Made by a program: the position numbers and the translations under genes. The notes beneath the pieces are model-generated. The model was given only the letters and a program-made list of their open reading frames with translations. It was not told the DNA's origin and searched no databases. Shown piece by piece: positions 46,128 through 55,700 of a DNA stretch of 64,000 nucleotides. How positions within the stretch are numbered: the stretch's first letter is position 1; the number at the start of each line of letters is the position of its first letter. The stretch comes from a virus. Location of the stretch: the IMG/VR virus record IMGVR_UViG_3300024520_000003, positions 6,745 to 70,744 of that record; one strand, written 5' to 3'.

Positions 46128-46654
46128 TAGTCACTCACCGGAACTTGTATGTACATGACCACGAGAGTTGCTCTACCGGCAGTGGTTTGATTTACTGTCG
46201 CTGCCCCTGCCATTGTAAGCCTTACTTCAATGTCCACGTTCTCATTGACCCAAATCGTCTTACCGTCTGCTCGGCTGTCATTTGGATTTACTAGAAGAAC
46301 GCCTTTGGTATCAACTTCGAGACCAGCGAGGTTAAGTGCTCCATTCTGGGCTTGCCAGACATCCGCATCCATAATCAGAGACTCGCAGTCAACACCCACT
46401 GCCCCATCCACTCCAAAACTCATCTCAATGGCCCCAGCAGCGGGTTCTGCGAATAGCGTTTGAACCTGAATCCATGCGTCTAGAAGGATAATCCCACCAC
46501 CGCTGAACGTCTGGGAAGTTGCGACAATTGGGTCAATGGTAAGTACTTCCTCGGTCGCAGCAGCAGTAAACTCGGAGTGGTCTACTTCATATCTCCAAAA
46601 GGTTATCGCTCCACGTTGAGCAGAGTCCTGCACGGTAAAGGGAATTCGAGCCAT
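46127..46654 (-). CDS. hypothetical, possibly structural protein
   Basis: Beta-rich 175 aa, GGAGG RBS. Confidence 0.55.
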   Translation of the reverse strand: MARIPFTVQDSAQRGAITFWRYEVDHSEFTAAATEEVLTIDPIVATSQTFSGGGIILLDAWIQVQTLFAEPAAGAIEMSFGVDGAVGVDCESLIMDADVWQAQNGALNLAGLEVDTKGVLLVNPNDSRADGKTIWVNENVDIEVRLTMAGAATVNQTTAGRATLVVMYIQVPVSD

Positions 46655-46668
46655 GACGCGCCTCCAGT

Positions 46669-47049
46669 TTAGTAGCCAGTGATTCGACTTCTAAGCATTA
46701 CTCGGCTGCTGCCGTTTGATAGTAACCAGGAAACTTTTATCTTGACGGGACGTATCGCGCCAGATTGCCGACTTCCAGTCTCGTCGAACACACCATCAGC
46801 GGAAAAGACGATAGGCATATCCCCGTCCTTCCAGGATGTGGTCACGTTCACGAAATCGCCTGTCAGTGGATTGAAGACGGATACAGTTGCCTCAGCCACT
46901 CCCGCTCCATCTACTGGATCACACCACAGTTCGTGTTCGGCGTGAATTGTGGCTAGATTGAATCCACATGTACCTTCATCGAAGGTCATTGACCCTGCGA
47001 CACCGCTTTCAGTTAGAGTTGTTTCTTTGATTACAAAGTTTGAAGCCAT
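46669..47049 (-). CDS. hypothetical, possibly structural protein
   Basis: Beta-rich 126 aa, AGGAG RBS. Confidence 0.55.
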   Translation of the reverse strand: MASNFVIKETTLTESGVAGSMTFDEGTCGFNLATIHAEHELWCDPVDGAGVAEATVSVFNPLTGDFVNVTTSWKDGDMPIVFSADGVFDETGSRQSGAIRPVKIKVSWLLSNGSSRVMLRSRITGY

Positions 47050-47093
47050 TCGGATGTTCTCCTGTCTGAGACCGACATTACTACATTCGCGAT

Positions 47094-48644
47094 CTACATA
47101 CCATAGTTCTTAGAAACACCTTCCCAAAAATCAGCTAAAGTATCCTGTGCCTTATCAACAATGCCTTCATCGTCAATAACTGTTCCATCTATTCCAACTG
47201 CTCCAACTCTGTGGACTACTCCCGCATCCTTCCTTGCTGATTCCCGTGCAAACCAGGACGCCATCAACCTGTCACCTGTGTGTGAGTTTGGATCGTAGTA
47301 AAGCATTTCATCCACCCAGGATCGGACATCAGGATGAATATCGTTTCCATCACCAGACGGGATGACCCACTGACCACGCGCCATTTCAGCGGACATGGAC
47401 TCGACGCCGAATAGCGGGTGTGATTTGTTTCTTCCTGTGTTGAAGGCTTTCACAGCCATTCCCTCGCCTTGGGCCATTTGAACGATGAAGTCCTGAGCAG
47501 CATTACTTTCCACAACCAACAAACTATCGTATCTATTCTGAGTGTCTTTCAGGCGCGCTAATATCTCGGACGCGCTCCATCTGCCGCTCTCTATGTTCAG
47601 GACTTCCCTGATTCCATCCGGTCTGACTGCGATTGTGAACATGACTGTGAGATGTGCCCCGGCTTTTTTCTTCACAGCCAAGTCAACTCCCGTGTAACAC
47701 CGCCACCCTTCAGGGACTTGAAACGATGGGACTAGATAACGTCCTTGACCCAACGCCAAACACTTATCCACGTCAGCTTGCTTGAATCGACTGTCTCCAT
47801 CTGCGCGCGCACTGCACATCATCTGACGCTCGAACTCAAGCGGTCCAAGCTCTAGCTTTTTTTCCTCTAGTCGTACCTGTGGCCAACGCTCGGGCCAGTT
47901 GCTTTCCTGGGTCTTTTCATCCATTACTGGGTATCTAAATCCATCCCAACTCTTTCGCCTTGCGATTATATGCATAGCGTCTTCCCTATGCCATGCGTTG
48001 CCAATGAACACGACCCTTCCCCTTCTTGTCAGGCGTCCCATTAGGGTTGAGTCAATCCATCGGATCGTGTCCTCGCGTCTGTATTCTGTGTAGGTGGTTT
48101 CGTAGGTCAAAAGGTCGTCCAGTATCAGCAGATCAATACGCGCTCCCAATATGTTCCCATGGAGGCACGTTGCTTGGACGGATGGGTCCTTGGCGTGGGT
48201 ATGTCTTTCCACAGTGATTGAATCTTTAGTCCAACCCGCACTCGCGTCACCATGTCTGGACGGTCTTAGGTTGGGGAATATAGTCTTAAGCATCTCACTT
48301 TCTTGGATGTAACCTGCTATTGACTTTGTGATTTTAGTGGCTTGTGCTCCGGTCGCTGCCACTATCACACATCTTAAGGTTGGGTCCACGCCTAGTTCCC
48401 AGAGAACTCTTCCGACGCTAATCTGCTGTGACTTACCCGCTTCAACGTGACTCCATAGAACCACACGTTTATGGTCAGTGATTACTTGCTGCCATTCAGC
48501 GTGATATGGAGCCTGATGGATTGGGGTATTTGTTTCCTCGTCCCTTAGAACGAGTGGCATAAATACATTGGGGTCCCTTCTTGCTAACTCAACCCGAATA
48601 CCTTTAGACCTATGGGCCATTGCTCGGATCGTGCGATCATCCAT
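47094..48644 (-). CDS. terL: terminase large subunit
   Basis: HVEAGKS Walker A, LLILDD Walker B, FIGN, nuclease TGVDLA...VESN...HTGDRLMA. Confidence 0.92.
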   Translation of the reverse strand: MDDRTIRAMAHRSKGIRVELARRDPNVFMPLVLRDEETNTPIHQAPYHAEWQQVITDHKRVVLWSHVEAGKSQQISVGRVLWELGVDPTLRCVIVAATGAQATKITKSIAGYIQESEMLKTIFPNLRPSRHGDASAGWTKDSITVERHTHAKDPSVQATCLHGNILGARIDLLILDDLLTYETTYTEYRREDTIRWIDSTLMGRLTRRGRVVFIGNAWHREDAMHIIARRKSWDGFRYPVMDEKTQESNWPERWPQVRLEEKKLELGPLEFERQMMCSARADGDSRFKQADVDKCLALGQGRYLVPSFQVPEGWRCYTGVDLAVKKKAGAHLTVMFTIAVRPDGIREVLNIESGRWSASEILARLKDTQNRYDSLLVVESNAAQDFIVQMAQGEGMAVKAFNTGRNKSHPLFGVESMSAEMARGQWVIPSGDGNDIHPDVRSWVDEMLYYDPNSHTGDRLMASWFARESARKDAGVVHRVGAVGIDGTVIDDEGIVDKAQDTLADFWEGVSKNYGM

Positions 48645-48983
48645 TTACAGAATCACTAGAGCGATCATGGAAAACGATATCCATGAACATGCACTTGCCG
48701 CGTATGACACCTCGTCCACTCCCGACAGAGCACTTCTAACGCAAATCTCGGTCGATTCCCCAAGTCCATTGCATCCAAGGGCAGAGAGGGCGTCTAGTCG
48801 AGCCGCAGACGCGTCTAAAACGCTCCCATAGTGCCCATAGGCCACTAGAGCCACAACTAGAAGAAAAACACACCCTATGCCCAACCATGTACCCACCGTT
48901 TCCATGACCTGTGCGCGTGAAAGGGTATCATCACCAGCCTTATAAAGACTGGCTGAATAAAAAAGTAGAACTAATGCTATCAA
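48645..48983 (-). CDS. hypothetical membrane protein
   Basis: Several hydrophobic segments; lies between the terminase genes. Confidence 0.45.
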   Translation of the reverse strand: MIALVLLFYSASLYKAGDDTLSRAQVMETVGTWLGIGCVFLLVVALVAYGHYGSVLDASAARLDALSALGCNGLGESTEICVRSALSGVDEVSYAASACSWISFSMIALVIL

Positions 48984-48995
48984 AACCTAACCTCG

Positions 48996-49679
48996 TTAGT
49001 CGTTGTCATTTCCGTCACTTACAACCCGCAAATCAGGCTTGCTCATTCCTGTTCTAAGTGCTGCTTCAATATCTTTCAACTCGGCCATGAGTTCATCAGT
49101 TGACGAGCTTTCCATTTCAGCGAACCCAAGTATTGATTCGGGTTCACCCATGTGTAGTCTTTCCAGTCGCATTGCGTCCTGGCTAACGGAGACACTTTGT
49201 TGTGCTAGTCGTGCAATTTCCCTGAGCATGGATAGTTGCTGCCTGGGTGTGAATTGATCTGGATTGGCTTGGATCATGGCAGATAGCCTTTCAGATAACT
49301 CCCTGCCACCCTGAAGAAGTCTAAGTGCGAATCCTGCCAACCCTAAAGCGGACTGACGGGATGCAGTTACCATTTTGCCTTCTTGCGCTCTAGTGTCAAC
49401 GGCATCCGCTCGCGCCTTGGCTATTTGATCTTCAGCGTCAAGATACTCTTTATTTCGTATTTCCTGACGACGCGCTCTAGCTCTAATCGTATCCTCTTGG
49501 AGCACTTCTTTGATTGGAATTGCCCATGGTGCCTTGGGCCATCCCTTCTCGTAGGCCCTTTTCGCCATTCTTCTATCGCACTGACCGTGATCTGCAGCAT
49601 GTGAGTGGTTTCCTGGCTTATCCCTGTACGCTTCAAGGAGAGCTTCATAGAGCACTGTGTCGATTATGCGTCTTGCCAT
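48996..49679 (-). CDS. putative terminase small subunit
   Basis: HTH-like N-terminus, helical body, LERLHMGEP, STDEL C-terminus; upstream of terL. Confidence 0.6.
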   Translation of the reverse strand: MARRIIDTVLYEALLEAYRDKPGNHSHAADHGQCDRRMAKRAYEKGWPKAPWAIPIKEVLQEDTIRARARRQEIRNKEYLDAEDQIAKARADAVDTRAQEGKMVTASRQSALGLAGFALRLLQGGRELSERLSAMIQANPDQFTPRQQLSMLREIARLAQQSVSVSQDAMRLERLHMGEPESILGFAEMESSSTDELMAELKDIEAALRTGMSKPDLRVVSDGNDND

Positions 49680-49783
49680 GATCCTCAGAATAACGTACAG
49701 CCAGATTTTTTACTATACGCTATTTTCCATTTTCTCAGATATTTGCCGCTGTTATTGTGACAACCACTTCAGAAATAGAGATA

Positions 49784-49978
49784 TTAGACGTACACTCCAA
49801 GCCCACCAATGTACTCTATAGGTTCACCCGCTACAGCATTACACTCTGGGCATCTAATCTTGCCTATGTATATCAGGTCACACTCCATGCACGCTCTTGA
49901 CGTTTCATTCATGTCTATGACTGTGGGTGGGGATTCAGGCACTTCTGCCGGTAGTGGTACTTTCTGGGTCGTGCTCAT
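49784..49978 (-). CDS. small zinc-ribbon protein
   Basis: CMEC...CPEC; AAGGA RBS. Confidence 0.5.
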   Translation of the reverse strand: MSTTQKVPLPAEVPESPPTVIDMNETSRACMECDLIYIGKIRCPECNAVAGEPIEYIGGLGVYV

Positions 49979-49990
49979 TGATTGATTCCT

Positions 49991-50938
49991 TTATGCGCTG
50001 GGTTTCCAACGAAGCATGATTGCTTGAGACACCATATATTCTAACCCTGCGTCTGTCGATCCATCTGCTCGGTCGGAGTGACCGTGAAGCATTGAGAACT
50101 TTCCAAACGCTCCGACGACTTTGTTTGCAGTATTGTCTGTGAGAAGCATAGGTGCGTTCGCCCACGCCCCATCGGGACTCGAGGAATAGTAAACCGCTCC
50201 CGTTCCATCACCTGTTCCAGCGAATCCTGCATTTACTCCACCACCTCCGCTGTGCTCATAGTTGCCTGGGAGTAGGCAATAATCTTCAGTGGTTGTTCTA
50301 TCACCCCAACTCGAACCAACATCGAGGACGTTGACGAATCGGCACATGAGAACCGCTGGCCTGAGATTGGAATCTATATCAACTGGGATATAGCCACCCG
50401 CATAGACTCCCATGAGTTTTGAGTTCTCTGACCCATCTTGGTCCCAGATCAAAGCTCGGAAGTAGGTGTAGCTCTGTGCTCCGGTTTCATTTGTGAATGT
50501 ATCGCTATTTGAACATGACAGGTAGAAACTGTCTTCTGCTGCAATAGACCATTGGACAATTAACTCTGCATCGGTTACTGCTGTTGAGACATTAAAAGTC
50601 TCCATAGCATTATCCCAACCCCCACTAAAACTCATTTGGGCTTTACCGTAATTTACATTACCACTTGCTGCATTCGTCTCAGCCAAAAACTTGACTTGCC
50701 AACGAGTCCCACCTTGTGAAGCGGTTACAGGCTCAATGACAATATAAGAGCCAATCCCGAAATCGGTTGCAGCAGTCGGTGTAATGAAACCACTTCCGCT
50801 GTTGATCGCATCTGTACCACCATTATTTACAAAGCGGACAATTCCTGTTTGCTGATTGGCTACGAAGTCATAAACGGACCAGAGAAAATCTCGCCAGTAT
50901 CCAGATCCAGCACTGTAAATCTTATGCTTTTCAGCCAT
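49991..50938 (-). CDS. putative virion fibre-associated protein
   Basis: Gly/Ser/Thr/Asn- and aromatic-rich; follows the LamG gene. Confidence 0.5.
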   Translation of the reverse strand: MAEKHKIYSAGSGYWRDFLWSVYDFVANQQTGIVRFVNNGGTDAINSGSGFITPTAATDFGIGSYIVIEPVTASQGGTRWQVKFLAETNAASGNVNYGKAQMSFSGGWDNAMETFNVSTAVTDAELIVQWSIAAEDSFYLSCSNSDTFTNETGAQSYTYFRALIWDQDGSENSKLMGVYAGGYIPVDIDSNLRPAVLMCRFVNVLDVGSSWGDRTTTEDYCLLPGNYEHSGGGGVNAGFAGTGDGTGAVYYSSSPDGAWANAPMLLTDNTANKVVGAFGKFSMLHGHSDRADGSTDAGLEYMVSQAIMLRWKPSA

Positions 50939-50949
50939 TTTTCATTCTC

Positions 50950-51903
50950 CTATGGCACATCTTCGCCAATGTCATCATATTCTGTATTCACTGGGGTGAG
51001 ATCGTTGCTGTTCGTGCTCATGTCATACACACGAGCAGACGCATCGCTACTGTCAGAGCTATCCACTTCACCGGCCCCATCGTCACCATCACCCATACGC
51101 CACCAACCAGCCAGATTCGCAACTGAAGCATGAGAGTCCAGAGGTACAGGATGTCCTATCCCATAAATCTCGTCTATGTCATCTGCATCAAGCTCTTTGT
51201 TCCAGATCGAAACCTCGTCGAGACCGCCAGTCCAATAAGCATCCCCAACGCCGTTGATAGCCCAGACCCCAATTTGTAGAGGTTCAGTGTTCTGTATGGA
51301 ATTGGTTGACAGTGTATCGTAAGACCATGTGGATGCCGTGGTATCCACGCCGTCAACATACATAGTGGTCCCGGCAAGGGTACCCGCACCGCTGAATGTT
51401 ACCGCTACGTGATGCCACGCGTTGTCATGGATAGTGACCCCAGAAGTGTATGCAGCCATAGCTACACCGCCACCCCAGTTATTGTTTAGCTGACAGAATA
51501 GCTGACCATTGTAGATGCCCAAGGTGTAGCCTACGAAAGTTCCACCCGTCGCGCTCGTGGGTGCCTTTTTCAGAATGCCTTTCCAGCCAGCCGACCCAGT
51601 CTTCACCCAAGCAGAGATACTGAAGGTGGAATTGTAGTTGAAGTCATACGCTGCGTTATGCGCCGCACTTAGATACTCGTTCACTCCGTCCACATCTATA
51701 GCAAACGCATTCGCTGCCTCAAGCTCTAAGAATGACTTGAAACCGCACTGCTCGCCAATATTCTCAAGCGTGGGTGGAGACAGTAAAGAAACAATCGCCT
51801 CGGATGTGGTTTCCCCACCACCGCCCGTAGTAGACGCAGCCTTATTAGGTCCAAGGTTCTTGACTTGGATATTTGGGTTGTTTCTTTGTGGATTGATACT
51901 CAT
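50950..51903 (-). CDS. LamG/concanavalin A-like lectin domain protein
   Basis: DGVNEY, FSISAWVK, WHHVAVT, MYVDG, GGLDEVSIWNKEL, GWWRMGDG. Confidence 0.85.
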   Translation of the reverse strand: MSINPQRNNPNIQVKNLGPNKAASTTGGGGETTSEAIVSLLSPPTLENIGEQCGFKSFLELEAANAFAIDVDGVNEYLSAAHNAAYDFNYNSTFSISAWVKTGSAGWKGILKKAPTSATGGTFVGYTLGIYNGQLFCQLNNNWGGGVAMAAYTSGVTIHDNAWHHVAVTFSGAGTLAGTTMYVDGVDTTASTWSYDTLSTNSIQNTEPLQIGVWAINGVGDAYWTGGLDEVSIWNKELDADDIDEIYGIGHPVPLDSHASVANLAGWWRMGDGDDGAGEVDSSDSSDASARVYDMSTNSNDLTPVNTEYDDIGEDVP

Positions 51904-52253
51904 TACGGGGTCAGCCTGTTTACCTGCCCGTATAGGATAATCTCGTTCGTGCGTTCAGCATGGGCCTTGATGGTAAGGTTTCCGCCGATCATAAGACCAG
52001 CCACCACTAAAGTGAGTCCGTCTTTTGACGGGATGCTGATTGTTATTTGATCTGATGTGGCCGTAGTTCCACCGAACCAGATTGTGAGTGACGTTGCTAC
52101 TGCCGCAGTGTTCTGGGCGTATATCCAGACCTCGTCCTCGACACTGACTGGAACCGTGTGAATCGTATCAGCGGCACCTGACGTCGTGGCGGCTACCGCG
52201 ACTCCACGTCCGTAGGTGCTTCCTGTTAGAATATGCTTGCTATATGTCGCCAT
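51903..52253 (-). CDS. small putative fibre/structural protein
   Basis: GSTYGRGVAVAAT...DEVWIYAQN...YGQVNR pattern. Confidence 0.55.
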   Translation of the reverse strand: MATYSKHILTGSTYGRGVAVAATTSGAADTIHTVPVSVEDEVWIYAQNTAAVATSLTIWFGGTTATSDQITISIPSKDGLTLVVAGLMIGGNLTIKAHAERTNEIILYGQVNRLTP

Positions 52254-52262
52254 CTCGCTCTC

Positions 52263-52592
52263 CTAGCTGAAAATCTGAATCTGGATTATGTCGCTGGCAC
52301 TAAGCGATGATGATGTGGGTGCCCAACTCATAACTCCATTGCCATCTGTCTTCATAAACTCACCGCTATTTCCAGTTCCATCGGGAAGAGTGAGTGTTAC
52401 GCTTGCGGTGACCGCATCAGGTGCGGCGACTGTGATTGATTTCCCACCACTCGCTGCTGATTCCTTTAGAACAACCTCACCACCGCTCGACCCATCCGAG
52501 GAGGAATCAACTGTAAGTATTCCATCAGTGACGGTTATCGTGTCAACAGATTGGGACGAAATCTTAAATCCACCAATTCGTTCAAATGCCAT
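52263..52592 (-). CDS. short tail-fibre-repeat protein
   Basis: TLTLPDGTGNSGEFMKTDGNGVMSW fibre repeat. Confidence 0.6.
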   Translation of the reverse strand: MAFERIGGFKISSQSVDTITVTDGILTVDSSSDGSSGGEVVLKESAASGGKSITVAAPDAVTASVTLTLPDGTGNSGEFMKTDGNGVMSWAPTSSSLSASDIIQIQIFS

Positions 52593-52918
52593 TAGACAGT
52601 AGTCTCCGTTCGGTCATAGAGTTGGGTGAGTTTGACCGTGAGGTTTCCGCCGTTATTTGTCCAATCAACTCGAATGAACTGCCAAGGACGATCCAAGGAT
52701 GCAACGGTCTTAAGATTTGTCGCTGCTATTCCATTTACAGTTTTAAGAGTGTACCAATCAGCACCGTCCTGTGACGCATCGATATTAAGAGTGACGGTAT
52801 CCGTTGAGGTGATCAGGAATCTATGAACGTTAAAGTTATCTGGGTCAACGACAGAAGCAGACCCATCGGCATCTCCCGTAAGGGCCTGGAGCGTCGTGTC
52901 AGTGAAGTCAAATGCCAT
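52592..52918 (-). CDS. small putative structural protein
   Basis: IDASQDGADWY...FIRV beta-sandwich pattern. Confidence 0.5.
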   Translation of the reverse strand: MAFDFTDTTLQALTGDADGSASVVDPDNFNVHRFLITSTDTVTLNIDASQDGADWYTLKTVNGIAATNLKTVASLDRPWQFIRVDWTNNGGNLTVKLTQLYDRTETTV

Positions 52919-53396
52919 TTGCAGCCTCTCCCCTTTGATAGCCGCTATACTTTACACTCGACAACTTCTTGAGTCTAACGAAAACGCGGTAGACTTTTCG
53001 CGCATACCTTTTAGCCCGAGTGTAGCAGCGATTTCCACCGTTATAATGACACACCCATGCCTTCTTGCGTGACTCTTTTTTTGAAAACCTAGCCTTCCAG
53101 ATCTTAAGTTTCGTTATTCCTTCCCTGACACCGATTTCTATGTTCTGGAGTTGCTTACAGGTGAACTTCGTGTACCTAAGATTGACCTGAAGTATTCCGC
53201 AGTCGCTCGTTCTGCTTTTTATCTTTGGATTCCATCGCGTTTCAACCCACCCAATGGATGCGACCAGCAGTGGATCTACATTCATTTCAGATGCGATCCT
53301 CCATATTGCCTCACCGGCAACCTCCATCCGTTCAACTGGGAGATTGGACTGTTGTCCGAAGATAGTCATTGCCAATATAAATGCTTTCACTGTCAT
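52908..53396 (-). CDS. soluble lytic transglycosylase (SLT-like), start probably 53396
   Basis: VDPLLVASIGWVETRWNP, DCGILQV, HYNGG, YARKV. Confidence 0.82.
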   Translation of the reverse strand: MTVKAFILAMTIFGQQSNLPVERMEVAGEAIWRIASEMNVDPLLVASIGWVETRWNPKIKSRTSDCGILQVNLRYTKFTCKQLQNIEIGVREGITKLKIWKARFSKKESRKKAWVCHYNGGNRCYTRAKRYARKVYRVFVRLKKLSSVKYSGYQRGEAANGI

Positions 53397-53725
53397 GATC
53401 CCTCCCCACAACCGCTTGATTCGGATGACTGAAAACGGTGACCAACATAACTCCAAGAGCAGAGATCGTCTATTTTTGCACAATAATAGTCGATGCTATA
53501 GAGAACTGAGTCGCCAGATCTCTCCTCAGGTACGCAATCGTCAATGCACTTTTCATTGTACGAACCTTTATCGCAGCAATGCCGGTCCACCTTCTTTGAC
53601 CATTCACAGCAAACTGCGCCCTGATCTGAAAGCAATCCACATGAGTCAGGCGGATCCACAGATGGACATTCCCCACCCCACTGACACAAAATAATAAGAA
53701 AAACTATTGGTATTGAATTCATCAT
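53393..53725 (-). CDS. cysteine-rich exported protein
   Basis: Hydrophobic N-terminus, 12 Cys in 110 aa; ATGA-coupled on both sides. Confidence 0.55.
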   Translation of the reverse strand: MMNSIPIVFLIILCQWGGECPSVDPPDSCGLLSDQGAVCCEWSKKVDRHCCDKGSYNEKCIDDCVPEERSGDSVLYSIDYYCAKIDDLCSWSYVGHRFQSSESSGCGEGS

Positions 53726-54264
53726 ACTCCTTTCACATTAAAGCCAAATGTTGATTGTCGGTGTCTATTTTCATTTATCCATACACACGCCATGCAAAGA
53801 GCGTCTGCAATGTCGTATTTTATCGGACCCTCAATCCGATACGACTTCTGTGCCCAAAGAACAGCATGATCCTTCCTTGCGTTTTTCCCGTGAACCTTGC
53901 TTTTGAGCGATCCTGCGCCAATGGCTGCTTGCCAGCTTGTGACGTTATAGAGAACAGGTGGACTCGATGACCCCATAGCTGAAGCCATGTCCACCCATGT
54001 CTGTTGCACTTGTGCGAGTCTTATCGCATCCCGATAATTTCTATGATGTGACCATGTTTCCAAAATCCACTGAACAGAAGACCTGTCCACTCCATCCAAA
54101 ATCTCCTCGACAGAATCCCTCGCCCTCTCATACCACTCATTTCTCTTCTTACCCGGGAGTTTCGTTATTTTGGACCGAATGTGAACGGGTGGACCCGATT
54201 TCTCATATCCTACGAGAGCAAGACCAGTGGATGTGGCTGGGTCAATGGCAAGGACGTACTTCAA
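53722..54264 (-). CDS. ruvC: RuvC-like Holliday junction resolvase
   Basis: VLAIDPATSTGLA, ILE, W...G...K, DIADALC. Confidence 0.8.
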   Translation of the reverse strand: MKYVLAIDPATSTGLALVGYEKSGPPVHIRSKITKLPGKKRNEWYERARDSVEEILDGVDRSSVQWILETWSHHRNYRDAIRLAQVQQTWVDMASAMGSSSPPVLYNVTSWQAAIGAGSLKSKVHGKNARKDHAVLWAQKSYRIEGPIKYDIADALCMACVWINENRHRQSTFGFNVKGV

Positions 54265-54267
54265 ACA

Positions 54268-54765
54268 CTAAACTGCCACAACCTTGGCACGAGTTGACTT
54301 TCGTATCTTGACAGATTTGTCTTCTTCAGCCCCTAAATCAAGCTCGAGTTGTGATACTGCCTCTACGATTTCAGCATGTTCCGGGATGGACGATCCATAC
54401 CTAGCAAGGATCTCTGGATGGACTTTAATGGCGTTGTTCTTCTTGTAGACCATATAATCCGGCTGACCGTCGCGCCCTTCCTTTTTATGACCTTTCCAGT
54501 CTGCGAGAGAGTTAGCCACGAGCATTTCTGACTTCTTTTCATCAATTGTCTGGAAAACCGGCCCAGAGTAAATCATTGTGAGGTCAAACCCAAGAGCCTG
54601 AGCGACGTCACCCGCCGCCACTGTCTTGATTTGAACGCTTCCAGGCATCCGACTTGCTTCAATTATTGCAATGCGGCACTCTTTCAAATCCCCTCGGTGG
54701 CCATCAATGACCCCACTGACTAGGTTTTTTATTGAATCACTGCCTTCTTGTTTAGTTGGTTTCAT
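54268..54765 (-). CDS. hypothetical protein, resembles a degenerate phage metallopeptidase
   Basis: FDLTMI...F...MLVANSL...EILARYG; no HExxH. Confidence 0.4.
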   Translation of the reverse strand: MKPTKQEGSDSIKNLVSGVIDGHRGDLKECRIAIIEASRMPGSVQIKTVAAGDVAQALGFDLTMIYSGPVFQTIDEKKSEMLVANSLADWKGHKKEGRDGQPDYMVYKKNNAIKVHPEILARYGSSIPEHAEIVEAVSQLELDLGAEEDKSVKIRKSTRAKVVAV

Positions 54766-55700
54766 TTATTCTCCCTTTTCCCTAGAGCCATTTCAGTTGC
54801 TAAGGGTCGCGCTGTTGTCGTGGCAAGACGAAAAGTAACATCAGAATCGCTACTTAGCTCCTCCATCTTGCTTTTCCACTTGATACGAGCTTTCTTTTCC
54901 ATTTTTAAGTATCTTTCAACTTCAATTCGTAAATTTTGGTTCGATCCTCGAACTGGTAAATATTGTCCCTTCCCTCGTTGACTGTAGCCAGTCCAATTCC
55001 CAAACGCAGTCGGCCCGAACTCCCATGAGCTACTGTCCACACTATGCCAAGGGAGTGCCAGTATGTCGGACTCTAACCCAAACCCAAATCCATGAATCTT
55101 CTTAGGCCATACCCGTGAAAAGCATTGCGCTGCCCATTTTATTCGGCGCTTCTTGTCCCTAACTCGGGCCACGCCTCCAAGCGCGATCTTGTCGTAGTTA
55201 TCGCCAAGGTGCTTTAGGTAATCTTCCGGTTCCCCGGCATGGTAGCAGGGAATCGCAGGAACTCCTTGCCTCCACATCTCTTCAGTATTTTTCAGAGTTG
55301 CCTCATGGTCGCCAATAACATCCAATGCAAATATCTCAACCAGCTTCTCGTCGGTTTCCATCAACTCCAGGCATTTTTCTATGTACTCCTGAAGATCAAT
55401 GACTTTTCCACTATTGTGGGCGCTAAAGGCTCCGCTATCCATCACCCAGTTTCTGAAGTGATACTTTGATTTGCTGCGAAGGAATGGTTTCAGATAGTAA
55501 AATGAGCACAGAAGCGCAGGGGCATCAAGATCATCAGCCATTGCTTTTTTCATGGCCTCCGGGGGTCCTACATGAGCGAGGCGAACCGTGGGGCTTTCAG
55601 AAATTGAAAGACTTTTCACTAACTCCCTCCTTGAACCCATAGGGACGGCAAGTCTAACAGTTGGTGAAACTTCACTCACTGCTTTCCAAGTATTTCTCAC
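54762..55700 (-). CDS. dpdA: DpdA/TGT-like DNA base-exchange transglycosylase
   Basis: MDSGAFS, ALDVIGD, IPCYH, IALGG, KIHGFG, SVDSSSW; in the preQ0 synthesis cluster. Confidence 0.78.
   Translation of the reverse strand: MRNTWKAVSEVSPTVRLAVPMGSRRELVKSLSISESPTVRLAHVGPPEAMKKAMADDLDAPALLCSFYYLKPFLRSKSKYHFRNWVMDSGAFSAHNSGKVIDLQEYIEKCLELMETDEKLVEIFALDVIGDHEATLKNTEEMWRQGVPAIPCYHAGEPEDYLKHLGDNYDKIALGGVARVRDKKRRIKWAAQCFSRVWPKKIHGFGFGLESDILALPWHSVDSSSWEFGPTAFGNWTGYSQRGKGQYLPVRGSNQNLRIEVERYLKMEKKARIKWKSKMEELSSDSDVTFRLATTTARPLATEMALGKRENK

Noticed and set aside
27173-46664. GGAGGCGCG before two structural gene starts (27173-27181 and ~46656-46664)
   Set aside because: Only two copies, mostly explained by an ordinary Shine-Dalgarno sequence.
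49680-49783. Late promoter upstream of the small terminase gene
   Set aside because: AT-rich with TATAGT and TATTCT hexamers, but no -35 box and no motif clearly shared with other late intergenic gaps.
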